Below are positions 1-8,918 of a DNA stretch of 64,000 nucleotides, piece after piece. The DNA is taken from the NCBI GenBank assembly GCA_965231915.1, contig OZ246892.1, forward strand, positions 2,443,247-2,507,246, read 5' to 3'. The notes beneath the pieces are model-generated. The model was not told where the DNA came from. It did not search any database and was given only the letters and a program-made list of their open reading frames with translations. Numbering within the stretch: the first letter of the stretch is position 1; each line of letters opens with the position of its first letter. The position numbers were made by a program, and so were the translations under genes. Source of the DNA: Acidimicrobiales bacterium (GTDB lineage Bacteria; Actinomycetota; Acidimicrobiia; Acidimicrobiales; Bin134).

Positions 1-308
1 CCCCCGAAGTCGCCGCGGTGGTCTATGCCCCACCCCGCAACCCGTGCCGACTCAAGACCGCGGAGTGTCGCCAGAACCTCCTGGATCGCCCCAATACGTC
101 CAAGGCGGCGGCTGGCCTCAGCCTGGGACACCGAGTACTCCAACGCATAAGACTCCACAGCCGCATCCACCTATTCCACAGCCGGGCTTCGCTCTGTCGC
201 TTTAGACGGCTTGTCCTCAGCCGCATGCACCGTGCCCGCGATTGCTGCACCAAAGGCAAACAGCCCAATCGTACCGAGCAAAATGATTTGCCACTTCTTC
301 CACTTCAT
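1..308 (-). pseudogene. 5' part of a secreted-protein gene running off the left edge, interrupted by an in-frame TAG at 171..173
   Basis: ATG at 308..306 has GGAGAA 4 nt upstream. The N-terminus MKWKKWQIILLGTIGLFAFGAAIAGTVHA looks like a signal peptide. After 45 codons there is an in-frame TAG, then the same frame stays open to base 1 (VDAAVESYALEYSVSQAEASRRLGRIGAIQEVL...). Both halves are under 60 aa, so they are absent from the ORF track. Confidence 0.3.
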
Positions 309-541
309 TGGCTTCTCCTATTCTGGGCTTCCTCTTTGTTCTGGGTTTGGGGATGTATTTCTTGCTTCGCCTCTGTTGCGTCTTCAAGTGAACGTATGTC
401 GGATTCACGGGTCTTGCACTCAAAACGGGTGTCAAAACATGACGAGTTTTTGTCATGTTTTGACACTTGACAACGTCGGGACGGGCGTGTACAACGCGGC
501 TTTCTTGCAAGACAAGGCCAAGTTGGTCAAGATTTGGACCA

Positions 542-805
542 ATGAACACAATCCTCCCCTTTTCCGAAGCCAAGAGCCGTCTGTCAGAACTGGCTGATCG
601 CGTTGAACATCAGGAAGACCGAATTCTGGTGACTCGAAATGGCCGCCCTTCGTTCATACTGGTCAATTGCGACTATCTCGAATCTCTAGAAGAGACCTTT
701 GACATCATGAGGGATCCTGAGTTGGTGGCATCGCTTCGCAGGTCTCGCGCCGAGGCCGAAGCAGGCCTGACCCTTCCCCTGCGGGATTGTGTGAATACCA
801 GCTAG
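542..805 (+). CDS. Phd/YefM-family type II antitoxin, with no toxin gene downstream
   Basis: Internal ATG of ORF 467..805. MNTILPFSEAKSRLSELADRVEHQEDRILVTRNGRPSFILVNCDYLESLEETFDIM matches the Phd/YefM N-terminal pattern. The next gene is convergent. Confidence 0.75.
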   Translation: MNTILPFSEAKSRLSELADRVEHQEDRILVTRNGRPSFILVNCDYLESLEETFDIMRDPELVASLRRSRAEAEAGLTLPLRDCVNTS

Positions 806-1158
806 CCGGGCTGGCGGACCACCGTGCCGGGTTCTATGCCGGAGTCGGGGCCGATGCCGTCGAGTTGAAAGGCCATGAGCATGTGGAACTCTTCGTCGTT
901 CTGCACGGCGTGGTCGATGGAGGTGACTCGGGTGGAGATCGACTGACCGCCGACGTCTACCACTAGGGCGTCGCCTTCTTGCACGCGGCCCGCAGTCGCC
1001 CGGCCGATGACGAAGAAATCGTCGGCGGACATGGCCTCGGTGCGGATGACCTCGAAGTGGAACAGCTCCTTGCTGCGGCGCCAGCGCTTGAAGAATGTCC
1101 GCCAGTTGCGGGGCTGGTCGTCCCACTCCCCTTCCACGATGCCCGGCGAGTTGCTCAC
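802..1158 (-). CDS. small hypothetical protein with an EF-Tu domain-2-like beta-barrel signature
   Basis: This is the C-terminal part of ORF 802..1503. A GTG at 1158 avoids overlap with the divergent amidohydrolase. IGRATAGRVQEGDALVVDVGGQSISTRVTSIDHAVQ...GIEPGTVV resembles translation-factor domain 2. The start is uncertain; an alternative ATG lies at 1032. Confidence 0.4.
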   Translation of the reverse strand: MSNSPGIVEGEWDDQPRNWRTFFKRWRRSKELFHFEVIRTEAMSADDFFVIGRATAGRVQEGDALVVDVGGQSISTRVTSIDHAVQNDEEFHMLMAFQLDGIGPDSGIEPGTVVRQPG

Positions 1159-1176
1159 AGTTGGCAAACTAGTGGA

Positions 1177-2382
1177 ATGAGCGACCGGTACACCATCATC
1201 TCGGCCGACTGCCACGCCGGGGCCAACCACGAGACCTATCGCGGGTTCTTGGAATCCAAGTACCACGGCGACTTCGACGCCTGGCGGGATAAGTACCGCA
1301 ACCCGTTCCGCGATCTCCAAGACGGCGGCCGGGTGCGCAACTGGGACAACGAGCGCCGATTGGGCGACCTGTATGCCGACGGACAGGTGGGCGAGGTGGT
1401 GTTCCCCAACACCGTGCCCCCTTTCTTTCCCAGCTTCATCCTGTTCGCCCGCCCGCCCCGGGCTGATCAGCTCGAGCACCGGCTGGCTGGCATCCGGGCT
1501 CACAACCGCTGGCTAGCCGACTGGTGCGCCCAGTACCTCGACCAGCGGGCCGGCATCGGCCAGACATTCTTGAACGACGTGGACGAAGCCATCAAAGACG
1601 TGGAGTTCATCGCGGCCAACAACCTGCGCGGCGGCGTGCTCATCTCGGCCATCCCGCCCGACTGCAAAGATCTGGCTCCCCTGTATGACCCGGCTTACGA
1701 CCCGTTCTGGGCCGCCTGTGAGGACCTCGGGGTGATCGTCAACAGCCACGGCGGCACCGGCGTCCCCAACTACGGCAAGTATTCGGTGTCCGATTTGCTG
1801 TTCATCACCGAAGTGAGCTTTTACTCCCACCGGCCCTTCTACCAGCTGCTGTTGTCGGGGGTGTTCGAGCGCTTCCCCAACCTCAAGTTCGTGATGACTG
1901 AGCAGGGCTGCGCCTGGCTGTTGGACGCTTTGTCCCACATGGACGAGACCCTGGCCAAGATCCGCGACACCGGCCGCATGGGCGAGATGCGCTACGACGA
2001 GAACCACATCCTGCCCCGCAGCGCCACCGAGTACTTCCAGCGGAACTGCTGGGTGGGCATCAGCCAGCCCGGACACGACGACGCCGCCGCCCGTGAGGTG
2101 CTAGGCGTGAATAAAGTTATGTGGGGCTCCGACTACCCCCACAACGAGGGCACCGGCCCCTACACCCGAGAGCACCTGCGCCAGGTGTTCTGCGACACCG
2201 ATCCCGTTGAGCTCCAACAGATTCTGGCCGGCAACGCCGCCGACCTCTACGGCTTCGATCTCGACGCCCTGGCCCCGCTGGCCGCCCAGCACGGCCCGAC
2301 CCACGACGAGATCGCCGTTCCGCTGGGCGAGCTTCCCGCCGAGCCCAACGAAGCGCTGCTGAAAAACGCCGTCGCAGCCTGA
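1177..2382 (+). CDS. amidohydrolase-2 (PF04909/ACMSD-like) family metal-dependent hydrolase
   Basis: Start MSDRYTIISADCHAG at the internal ATG of ORF 979..2382. The C-terminal GSDYPHNEG motif is typical of the family. Confidence 0.85.
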   Translation: MSDRYTIISADCHAGANHETYRGFLESKYHGDFDAWRDKYRNPFRDLQDGGRVRNWDNERRLGDLYADGQVGEVVFPNTVPPFFPSFILFARPPRADQLEHRLAGIRAHNRWLADWCAQYLDQRAGIGQTFLNDVDEAIKDVEFIAANNLRGGVLISAIPPDCKDLAPLYDPAYDPFWAACEDLGVIVNSHGGTGVPNYGKYSVSDLLFITEVSFYSHRPFYQLLLSGVFERFPNLKFVMTEQGCAWLLDALSHMDETLAKIRDTGRMGEMRYDENHILPRSATEYFQRNCWVGISQPGHDDAAAREVLGVNKVMWGSDYPHNEGTGPYTREHLRQVFCDTDPVELQQILAGNAADLYGFDLDALAPLAAQHGPTHDEIAVPLGELPAEPNEALLKNAVAA

Positions 2383-2486
2383 CGGGGCCAGCCACAATTC
2401 GAGCTGCTCGCTAGACAATCCAGGGTCGCCCGGGCACTTCAGCGAGGCGAAGGGAACCAAGCAGCATCACCGGGCGTCGTTGCTGG

Positions 2487-3023
2487 GTGATGAAGACTAT
2501 CCCTTGGATGGCTTCGGGAGTTTCTGAAGGCGAGTGGCCGGTTTCCCGTGAACCAGCGCCAACTGGAGAGGTTCTCAAGCTGGCCAGCTTCGACGACCTG
2601 TACCGTGCCGAATATGAGCCGATGGTCCGGCTGGCCCGGGGGCTGGTGGACGCCAGAGAGGTCGCGGAAGAGGTCGTTCAGGACGCCTTCGCCAAGGTAT
2701 TCGACCGCTGGAGCCGCCTCGACAATCCGGGAGCGTACCTGCGCACTGCGGTGGTGAACGGTTCCCGCAGCGAGCTGCGCAAGCGCGAGGTGAGGCGGCG
2801 CATCGGCCTTCGGCCGTTTATTCCCCCCCAACCCGAGGATCAGGACTACCTGCTCGATGCACTCAACCAACTCTCACCCCGTCAGAAATCCGTCCTTGTT
2901 ATGAAGTTCTATGCCGATATGACCGAAAAAGAGATCGCCCAGGCCATGGGAGTACGGCAGGGCACGGTGAAAAGCGCCACCTCTCGAGGGTTGGCCGAGC
3001 TGCGAAAGGTGGTCGACCAATGA
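2487..3023 (+). CDS. ECF-type sigma-70 family RNA polymerase sigma factor
   Basis: Region 2 (EVVQDAFAKVFDRWSRLDNPGAYLRTAVVN) and region 4 HTH (LSPRQKSVLVMKFYADMTEKEIAQAMGVRQGTVKSATSRGLAELRK) are both present. Confidence 0.9.
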   Translation: MMKTIPWMASGVSEGEWPVSREPAPTGEVLKLASFDDLYRAEYEPMVRLARGLVDAREVAEEVVQDAFAKVFDRWSRLDNPGAYLRTAVVNGSRSELRKREVRRRIGLRPFIPPQPEDQDYLLDALNQLSPRQKSVLVMKFYADMTEKEIAQAMGVRQGTVKSATSRGLAELRKVVDQ

Positions 3024-4987
3024 GCGATGAGCGCCGCACCCCTGAGAACCTGACCGGAGCCGATGATCAGACCCTCGGCGAGGCTCTTGGCTCCGCCATC
3101 CGAAGTCGAGTCGAAACACCGACCACTAGGCCGCCGGCGTCGTCGATCGCGGAGCGGGCCGCCGCCCGGGCCAAGGCCCGTCACACACGCCAGGCGGTTG
3201 TGGGCATCGCCGCGTCGGTCGCCCTGGTGGCGGGCGGAATCGCCGCCTGGAATGCACTGGAGGAAGATCAGTCCACCGAGGTCATCGTGGTCGATGAACC
3301 CACTGCCTCCCCTGCGCTTCAGCCGAGCGCAGAACCGACCCCGGCGCCTATTTCAGAGCCTACGAGTGAACCAGAAAACACCCCTCAGACAAGTTCCGAG
3401 GAGAGCTTCGAACCTCCTACGGCGGAGAGCCTTTCAACCGGGACGACACTTGAATGGACCGAGTTCGATGCCACTGGGGTATTCGGGGGCGAAGTAATCG
3501 ATGCCTTCAACGTCATATCCGTTGGGGACGGGCGGGTGCTTGTCAATACCTATGGCCCAGACGGCAACCAGTTGATGGTCTCCGACAACGGCGCCGAATG
3601 GACCGCTATTCCCATCCCGCCCGACTTCGCTGCTGACCGTTTCGACTTCGCCGGCGGCCGCTGGCTGATCACTGGATGGGACACCGCCGGACTTGGGAAC
3701 TCAATTCAAGCCTTCTTCTCCGACGACCAAGGCACCACCTGGACCGAGCTGGCATTCGACCCCAGCAGAGCCGGCGAAACCTCGGAAGTGGCGGCGGCCA
3801 TGGTGTCCGGGGAGAATATGGTTATCGCCCTAGAGCACCGCGTCCAGCCCGATATCGCTGCGGTGATCGTGGGACGCGACCTGGTGCCCAACAAGGAATC
3901 GATCAAGGGTTGGACGAGCGTGGAGGGCGACACTGTGAGCTTCACCCGCGACGAATCATCGCCCCCCGAGTCGTTCACGCTGACTGCGGAAGAGGAGGAC
4001 TTCCTCTACGAGGGCGACCGCAGCTTCATCCAGATGTATCACAGCAACAACGGTGCAGTTGAGATGACAGGCGAATTCCCAGCCTGGGAGGTTGACGGCT
4101 ACGGCGCAACCGACGGCTTCCACCTCTTCATCTTCAACACCGAGGGAATTATGCGCCTCACCTCGTCTGATGGCCGTCAATGGGCCCAAGCGCCTTTGAC
4201 CACCAATGACAATGTTCTGGTTGATTCGTTGTCCAACTATCACTCCAGTTCGACTCCTGGCATCGTGTGGACGTCGGGTCAGGCAAGCAGCCAGTTGCGG
4301 ATCGAACGCTTCGATGGCGTCTACTCCCCTCCACTAGTGGCCGAGCTTCCCACCGGCATCGCCCATGTAGAACGTCTGGAGGTCGGGCCGGCCGGGATCG
4401 CCATGGTGGCGGTACCAGGACGCTTCCCCGATACCGAAGTCGTGCCGACTTCCCGGATCGCCAAAGACGGCTATGAGCTGCGCTACAACGTGCCTCCGGG
4501 CAGCATCATGCTATGGGATTTGTCTGAAAACAGGGCGATCTACGAATGGGGCGCCGAGAATGCTCAGACCAACATGCTGCCCGAGGGCATTCGTGCCGTG
4601 GACGGCGTTGATGACCGACCTGACTTGCTGGTATTCGATGATCCCGAAACCGGCGAACATCTCGTGACCTTCACCACAGACGAATTAGCGGAGTCCCAAA
4701 TCGGCGGCGGTTTCTTTGCCGCCACGCCCGAAATCAGCACTGAGCAGCCTGAGCGGTGGATGGGCTGGTCGGCTGGCGGCGGCGAGTGGTTCTGGCAGAC
4801 CCTCCCTGAGGCTTTTGGACTCGCAGATACCGAGACAGACTTCGCCAACGTCGAGCTGGCCGTTGGCCGCGACTTCGTGATTGCCCGAGTCCAGCCCTAT
4901 TCCGCCGTCCCCTCCGACACCCCCGGCGATGACAGCATCATGCTCTCCGGCCATGCGCCACTTTGGTTCATTGCCACCATAGAATGA
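3020..4987 (+). CDS. single-pass membrane-anchored protein with BNR/Asp-box motifs; possible anti-sigma partner
   Basis: ATGA overlap with the sigma gene stop. One TM helix (AVVGIAASVALVAGGIAAWNAL), a Pro/Ser/Thr/Glu linker, and Asp-box motifs (SDDQGTTW, SSDGRQW). Confidence 0.8.
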   Translation: MSDERRTPENLTGADDQTLGEALGSAIRSRVETPTTRPPASSIAERAAARAKARHTRQAVVGIAASVALVAGGIAAWNALEEDQSTEVIVVDEPTASPALQPSAEPTPAPISEPTSEPENTPQTSSEESFEPPTAESLSTGTTLEWTEFDATGVFGGEVIDAFNVISVGDGRVLVNTYGPDGNQLMVSDNGAEWTAIPIPPDFAADRFDFAGGRWLITGWDTAGLGNSIQAFFSDDQGTTWTELAFDPSRAGETSEVAAAMVSGENMVIALEHRVQPDIAAVIVGRDLVPNKESIKGWTSVEGDTVSFTRDESSPPESFTLTAEEEDFLYEGDRSFIQMYHSNNGAVEMTGEFPAWEVDGYGATDGFHLFIFNTEGIMRLTSSDGRQWAQAPLTTNDNVLVDSLSNYHSSSTPGIVWTSGQASSQLRIERFDGVYSPPLVAELPTGIAHVERLEVGPAGIAMVAVPGRFPDTEVVPTSRIAKDGYELRYNVPPGSIMLWDLSENRAIYEWGAENAQTNMLPEGIRAVDGVDDRPDLLVFDDPETGEHLVTFTTDELAESQIGGGFFAATPEISTEQPERWMGWSAGGGEWFWQTLPEAFGLADTETDFANVELAVGRDFVIARVQPYSAVPSDTPGDDSIMLSGHAPLWFIATIE

Positions 4988-5125
4988 GTCGAGCGGTGGT
5001 GATATAGCCAACGGTTATGGCTAGAAGGCGGGACTCCTGCGGGTGGTTGGTGAGACCCCCTCCACACCAACCACCCGCAGTGAACTTCGCTACTTCTGCC
5101 GCCGGGTTTTCCCATCTATTGTGCG

Positions 5126-6817
5126 GTGAACATGACTTGTGCCCAGAACAGCCTGCGGGCAGCCGCCGGCGTTGCTGCGCTGGTTGCCTTGGCGATTGGC
5201 GGGATCGCGGGATGCAGTTCTTCAGGAGACTCCGAGGTGATCGTGTCCAGCGATTCCCCGGACTTTGTGGACGCTCCGGCTCCGCAGGTCGCGACACCCG
5301 AGGGAGTTGCTCAGCTACCAGAGCCCACGGTCGCGCCGGTAGTCACACCCACCGAGTCGCCTGAAAACTCTGGGCTGGTCTGGACTGAGGTCGATCTCAC
5401 CGACGCTCTAGGTGCAGATGAGCACTCGACCATCAACCTCGAGTCGGTGGGCGACGGGCGGGTGCTGGCCATGAGCTTCGTCGACCGAGGCATAGACACG
5501 ATATTGGTCACTGACGACAGCACGGAATGGGCGCCAATCCCAGTTCCCGCTGGTTTCCTGCCTTGGGAAGTCGACATCATCGGCGACCGCTGGTTGATTC
5601 AGGGATGGGACTCAACCGTCGAAGCTCCGGGTACTCAGATTCTGTTCTCCGACGACCAAGGAGCGAGTTGGACTGAGCTGGTGGTCGACTTGGGCTCGTT
5701 CGATGGCACTGCTTGGATCGCCGACGCGATTGTGGCCGGAGAGCTCATCGTGGTCGTGGTCCTAAACCATTCAGTACCGCCCGACGTTGAGGCATTTTCT
5801 GAGGACGACATGGGCAACGAGCCAAGCATGAGCAGCGTCCACATCTTTTTGAGCGATGGCGGGCCGGCGGATTGGATCACGGAGTACCCGGGGTGGTTCA
5901 CCATCGGCTACGGAGCGTCTGATGGTTTCCACCTGATCATGTCCGGACCGGATGAGATCTCAATGGTGGAGTCGCTCGATGGTCGTCAATGGACCAGTAC
6001 CGTCGTGGACCATGAGGTAATCGATTCTGGCCCGGACACGATCTGGACAACCGATCAGACCGGCCAGGAATTCATTGTTGAGCGCTTCGATGGTGTCTAT
6101 GGCCCAGGACAGATATTGACCAAGCCCGACGGCATCAGCTGGATCGTGGACCTTTCCGTTGGGCCTGCGGGCGTTGCCGCGGTGGGAGGACCAGAAGCGC
6201 CCTACGCATACTCCAATGTCGATTCCGGGCTACCCGACGTCAGTGTCGAGAAAGACGGCTTCGAGCTTCGGTATAACCAGCCCGAAGGCGGCATCACGTT
6301 GTGGGACCTGGAGGAAGACACTGCCGTGTACGTCTTCGACGCCGAGGCTGTGGAGAGCGAGACGACGCCCGAGGGAGTTCGAGAGGTCCAAGAAGAAGAC
6401 GGCACTCAGCTGGTTGTCTTTGAAGACCCTGAGACCGGCTCTGACTTAGTGACCTTCACTTTTCTTGAGCTGGCGACAGCAACTGATGAAGCCAGAGACA
6501 TCAACCCAACGTTCGACTGGCGCTCTCTCTCGGTGGGCCGGTCATTGGATGGCACCGACTGGGAGTGGCAGTCCCTTCAGGAGGCTTTCGGGCTACCTGA
6601 GCGCAGGGAGGGGGACAACTCATTCACCGAAGTCCAGGTGGCCGTGGGCCGCGATTTCGTGCTCGCCCAGGTTCAGACCTTCGAGTTCCCCCAAACCGAC
6701 TTGTACGAGGACGTCGAGGTCGGCGCCGACGCCGGCCAGTCCGATTCAACCTCTGGCTACCTCGCCGGCCCCATCTCCCCCTCACCCCCGCGCTGGTTCA
6801 TCGCCAAGGTCGGCTGA
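5126..6817 (+). CDS. lipoprotein paralog of 3020..4987 (BNR/Asp-box)
   Basis: Lipobox AIGGIAGCSSS. Collinear blocks are shared with the upstream gene: SDDQGASW, ERFDGVYGP, VGPAGVAAV, KDGFELRYNQPEGGITLWDL, LVVFEDPETGSDLVTFT, WQSLQEAFGL, VAVGRDFVLAQVQ. Confidence 0.8.
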   Translation: MNMTCAQNSLRAAAGVAALVALAIGGIAGCSSSGDSEVIVSSDSPDFVDAPAPQVATPEGVAQLPEPTVAPVVTPTESPENSGLVWTEVDLTDALGADEHSTINLESVGDGRVLAMSFVDRGIDTILVTDDSTEWAPIPVPAGFLPWEVDIIGDRWLIQGWDSTVEAPGTQILFSDDQGASWTELVVDLGSFDGTAWIADAIVAGELIVVVVLNHSVPPDVEAFSEDDMGNEPSMSSVHIFLSDGGPADWITEYPGWFTIGYGASDGFHLIMSGPDEISMVESLDGRQWTSTVVDHEVIDSGPDTIWTTDQTGQEFIVERFDGVYGPGQILTKPDGISWIVDLSVGPAGVAAVGGPEAPYAYSNVDSGLPDVSVEKDGFELRYNQPEGGITLWDLEEDTAVYVFDAEAVESETTPEGVREVQEEDGTQLVVFEDPETGSDLVTFTFLELATATDEARDINPTFDWRSLSVGRSLDGTDWEWQSLQEAFGLPERREGDNSFTEVQVAVGRDFVLAQVQTFEFPQTDLYEDVEVGADAGQSDSTSGYLAGPISPSPPRWFIAKVG

Positions 6818-6852
6818 CAGCGGGGTTGCCAACAGCCACTTAGACTCGGCCC

Positions 6853-8013
6853 ATGATCATCGATGTGGATACCCACTGGGAGATCACGGGGGACACGGCT
6901 GGGGTTGACCCGATTAAGCCGTGGGCCGATCAGATTCCCGACAATCGGACGCATCTGGCCAACGCCATCGCCGGCGACCTGCTCCAGGTGCTGCCTGCGG
7001 AGCGTCGGCCCAGCCCGGCAGAGCTGCTGCCCAAGCTGTTCGAGCGGGCCAGGGAATCGGGTGGGCCGGTGATCTTGCATCCCCGCCACGACTCCACCGC
7101 GGCCGAGCGGGTGGCCTGGATGGACTCGGTGGGCATTGACCACTGTCTGGTAAACCCCGGCGGGTACTGGCAGAAGCTCGACTACCTGCGGCCCGACGAC
7201 CGTGTGGCTGCCGCCCAGCGGTGCAACGACTTCCTCACCGAGCAGCTTTGGGATCAGCAGCACCGTCTCCATTCAGTGGCCACCGTCGACTTCTCCGACA
7301 TCGACGCCGCCGTCGCCGAACTGGAGCGCTGCCGGGAACGGGGCGCTCGGGCGTTCTTCCTCTACACCTTGCGTGGGGCACCCGCAGGAGGCCCTCCCGG
7401 CCACCCCGATTGGGACCAGGTGTGGGCTGCGGCCACTTCGCTGGGCATGGTGGCGGTGATCCATGTGGGCAACACCGAGGCCGATTTCACGAAATGGGCC
7501 GACATCGGCTGGGACTTGCCTGAAGGCACCGGGGTAGGCGGGCTGATCCGGCTGGCCAACACCCAGCGGCTGCACGCCGCCCAGAACCTGGTGGCCAGTC
7601 TGCTGTTCGGCGGGGTATTCCACCGATTCCCCAATCTCACCGTGCTGATCGAGGAGATGCGGGCCGGATGGCTCCCCTGGTATGTGGCCACTCTGTCCCG
7701 CCAGTGCCTCTCGTCGCCCTCTTTGGGCGACTGGCCGTGGCCGGTAAGCGGAGAGGAAATGCTACATCGCAACCTGCGGCTCACTCCCCTGCCCGGCTTC
7801 GGCGACACCGACGCCCTCGACGTGCTGGCTGAGCTGCCCGACATGGTGGTGTTCTCCTCCGACTACCCCCACCAGGAGGGCAACGCCGACCCCATCGAGC
7901 TCTACCAGCCCGCCCTCGACGGCCTTGACGACGAGGTGAGGACCGCATTCATGGGCGCTACCACCGAAGACTGCTTCGCCCGCATCGGCGATCCCCTGCC
8001 TGCGGTGGCCTGA
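6853..8013 (+). CDS. amidohydrolase-2 (PF04909) family hydrolase
   Basis: MIIDVDTHWE N-terminus and SSDYPHQEG near the C-terminus. Confidence 0.85.
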   Translation: MIIDVDTHWEITGDTAGVDPIKPWADQIPDNRTHLANAIAGDLLQVLPAERRPSPAELLPKLFERARESGGPVILHPRHDSTAAERVAWMDSVGIDHCLVNPGGYWQKLDYLRPDDRVAAAQRCNDFLTEQLWDQQHRLHSVATVDFSDIDAAVAELERCRERGARAFFLYTLRGAPAGGPPGHPDWDQVWAAATSLGMVAVIHVGNTEADFTKWADIGWDLPEGTGVGGLIRLANTQRLHAAQNLVASLLFGGVFHRFPNLTVLIEEMRAGWLPWYVATLSRQCLSSPSLGDWPWPVSGEEMLHRNLRLTPLPGFGDTDALDVLAELPDMVVFSSDYPHQEGNADPIELYQPALDGLDDEVRTAFMGATTEDCFARIGDPLPAVA

Positions 8014-8070
8014 CCGCTCCCCGAGTTCAGCGCCCCACGGGCTGCATCTAGAACGTGATGGCCCTGGGGA
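8005..8070. repeat. left copy of the direct repeat flanking the 8071..8861 insertion
   Basis: GTGGCCTGA plus the 44-nt TCAGCGCCCCACGGGCTGCATCTAGAACGTGATGGCCCTGGGGA (8027..8070). By hand alignment, 39 of these 44 nt are identical to 8875..8918. Confidence 0.75.
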
Positions 8071-8098
8071 GCGACTATGTCACACGCAATGGCGATGG

Positions 8099-8386
8099 TC
8101 AGGCCTGCGATCCAGCAACATGGCTGGGCTTCATAACGTGCTCCCACAGATCACTCGGCTGCCCTCTGTCTCCAGAGGCGATCCGCTCATTGATCTCCTT
8201 GTCCAACAGCGGGTGGATCTGCATCACCTCGTTGGGGGACTTCGCCTCTACTACCGCGGGGATCAACAAGATGGAACCGTCTTGGAGCGAATGACCTACG
8301 TAGTGGCTGCTCAACTGCTGGGTGATTCTTGTCAACAGCACCCGACCCCGAGCATCAGGTTGAATAAGAATTTCATTATGTTCCAT
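8099..8386 (-). CDS. small AbrB/SpoVT (MazE/VapB-like) looped-hinge-helix protein, putative antitoxin or regulator
   Basis: Internal ATG of ORF 8099..8509. MEHNEILIQPDARGRVLLTRITQQL...DGSILLIPAV resembles the SpoVT-AbrB pattern. Weak call. Confidence 0.4.
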   Translation of the reverse strand: MEHNEILIQPDARGRVLLTRITQQLSSHYVGHSLQDGSILLIPAVVEAKSPNEVMQIHPLLDKEINERIASGDRGQPSDLWEHVMKPSHVAGSQA

Positions 8387-8524
8387 GTTATTATGGTTAT
8401 CTCCTGACGCCGACTCAACCACAGCAAACGACCGAAGCAAAGACGTTATAGTGTACCGCCGTAACATTGTAACGCAATCCAGGGTCTGATGCCACGGCTC
8501 TCTCGACACAGAACTGCCAGCGAC

Positions 8525-8827
8525 ATGACACTCCGCTTCACCCCCGGGGCAGCTTCAGAACTGGGTATGGCCCACACCAGGTTCGTGGGCACCCCAGAGC
8601 AGGCCACATATGACCGGATTGTCAGAACCCTGGCCGAACTGGACATCGCCCCCGGGCTGTTTGCGCTGGTAAATGCCTCCGAGTTGCCCCGATCCAAACT
8701 CCCCGCAACTCTCAGGGCCTATCAAGTGATCCACGAGGTACAGCCAAAGGGACCGAATGCGTCCATCACATTCATTCTGAGCACTGAAGACGAGGACGTC
8801 ACCGTGTCGGCCATCGTCTGGGGTTGA
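8525..8827 (+). CDS. small RelE/ParE-like protein (tentative)
   Basis: MTLRFTPGAASEL...RIVRTLAELDIAPGL...LRAYQVIHEV...ITFILSTEDEDVTVSAIVWG follows the layout of RelE/ParE toxins. Homology is not verified. Confidence 0.35.
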   Translation: MTLRFTPGAASELGMAHTRFVGTPEQATYDRIVRTLAELDIAPGLFALVNASELPRSKLPATLRAYQVIHEVQPKGPNASITFILSTEDEDVTVSAIVWG

Positions 8828-8861
8828 GCCGGCAAGCGACAGGCGACCCCATTGGGCCGAA

Positions 8862-8918
8862 GTGGCCTGATGGCTCAGCGCCCCACAGGCTGCATGTAGA
8901 ACGTGATGCCGCTGGGGG
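8862..8918. repeat. right copy of the direct repeat; it overlaps the functional 3' end of the GrdB-like gene
   Basis: GTGGCCTGA (8862..8870), a 4-nt spacer, then TCAGCGCCCCACAGGCTGCATGTAGAACGTGATGCCGCTGGGGG (8875..8918). Confidence 0.75.

Larger units (their letters stand above)
8071..8861. mobile_element. about 0.8 kb AT-richer insertion carrying two small divergent genes, with no recombinase
   Basis: Bounded by the direct repeats 8005..8070 and 8862..8918, which duplicate the convergent 3' ends of the amidohydrolase and GrdB-like genes. The centre (about 8290..8480) is visibly AT-rich. Confidence 0.5.

Noticed and set aside
171-173. In-frame TAG as pyrrolysine.
   Set aside because: There is no pyl context, and the gene family (a secreted protein) is not a known Pyl user. 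A pseudogene or sequencing error is far more likely.
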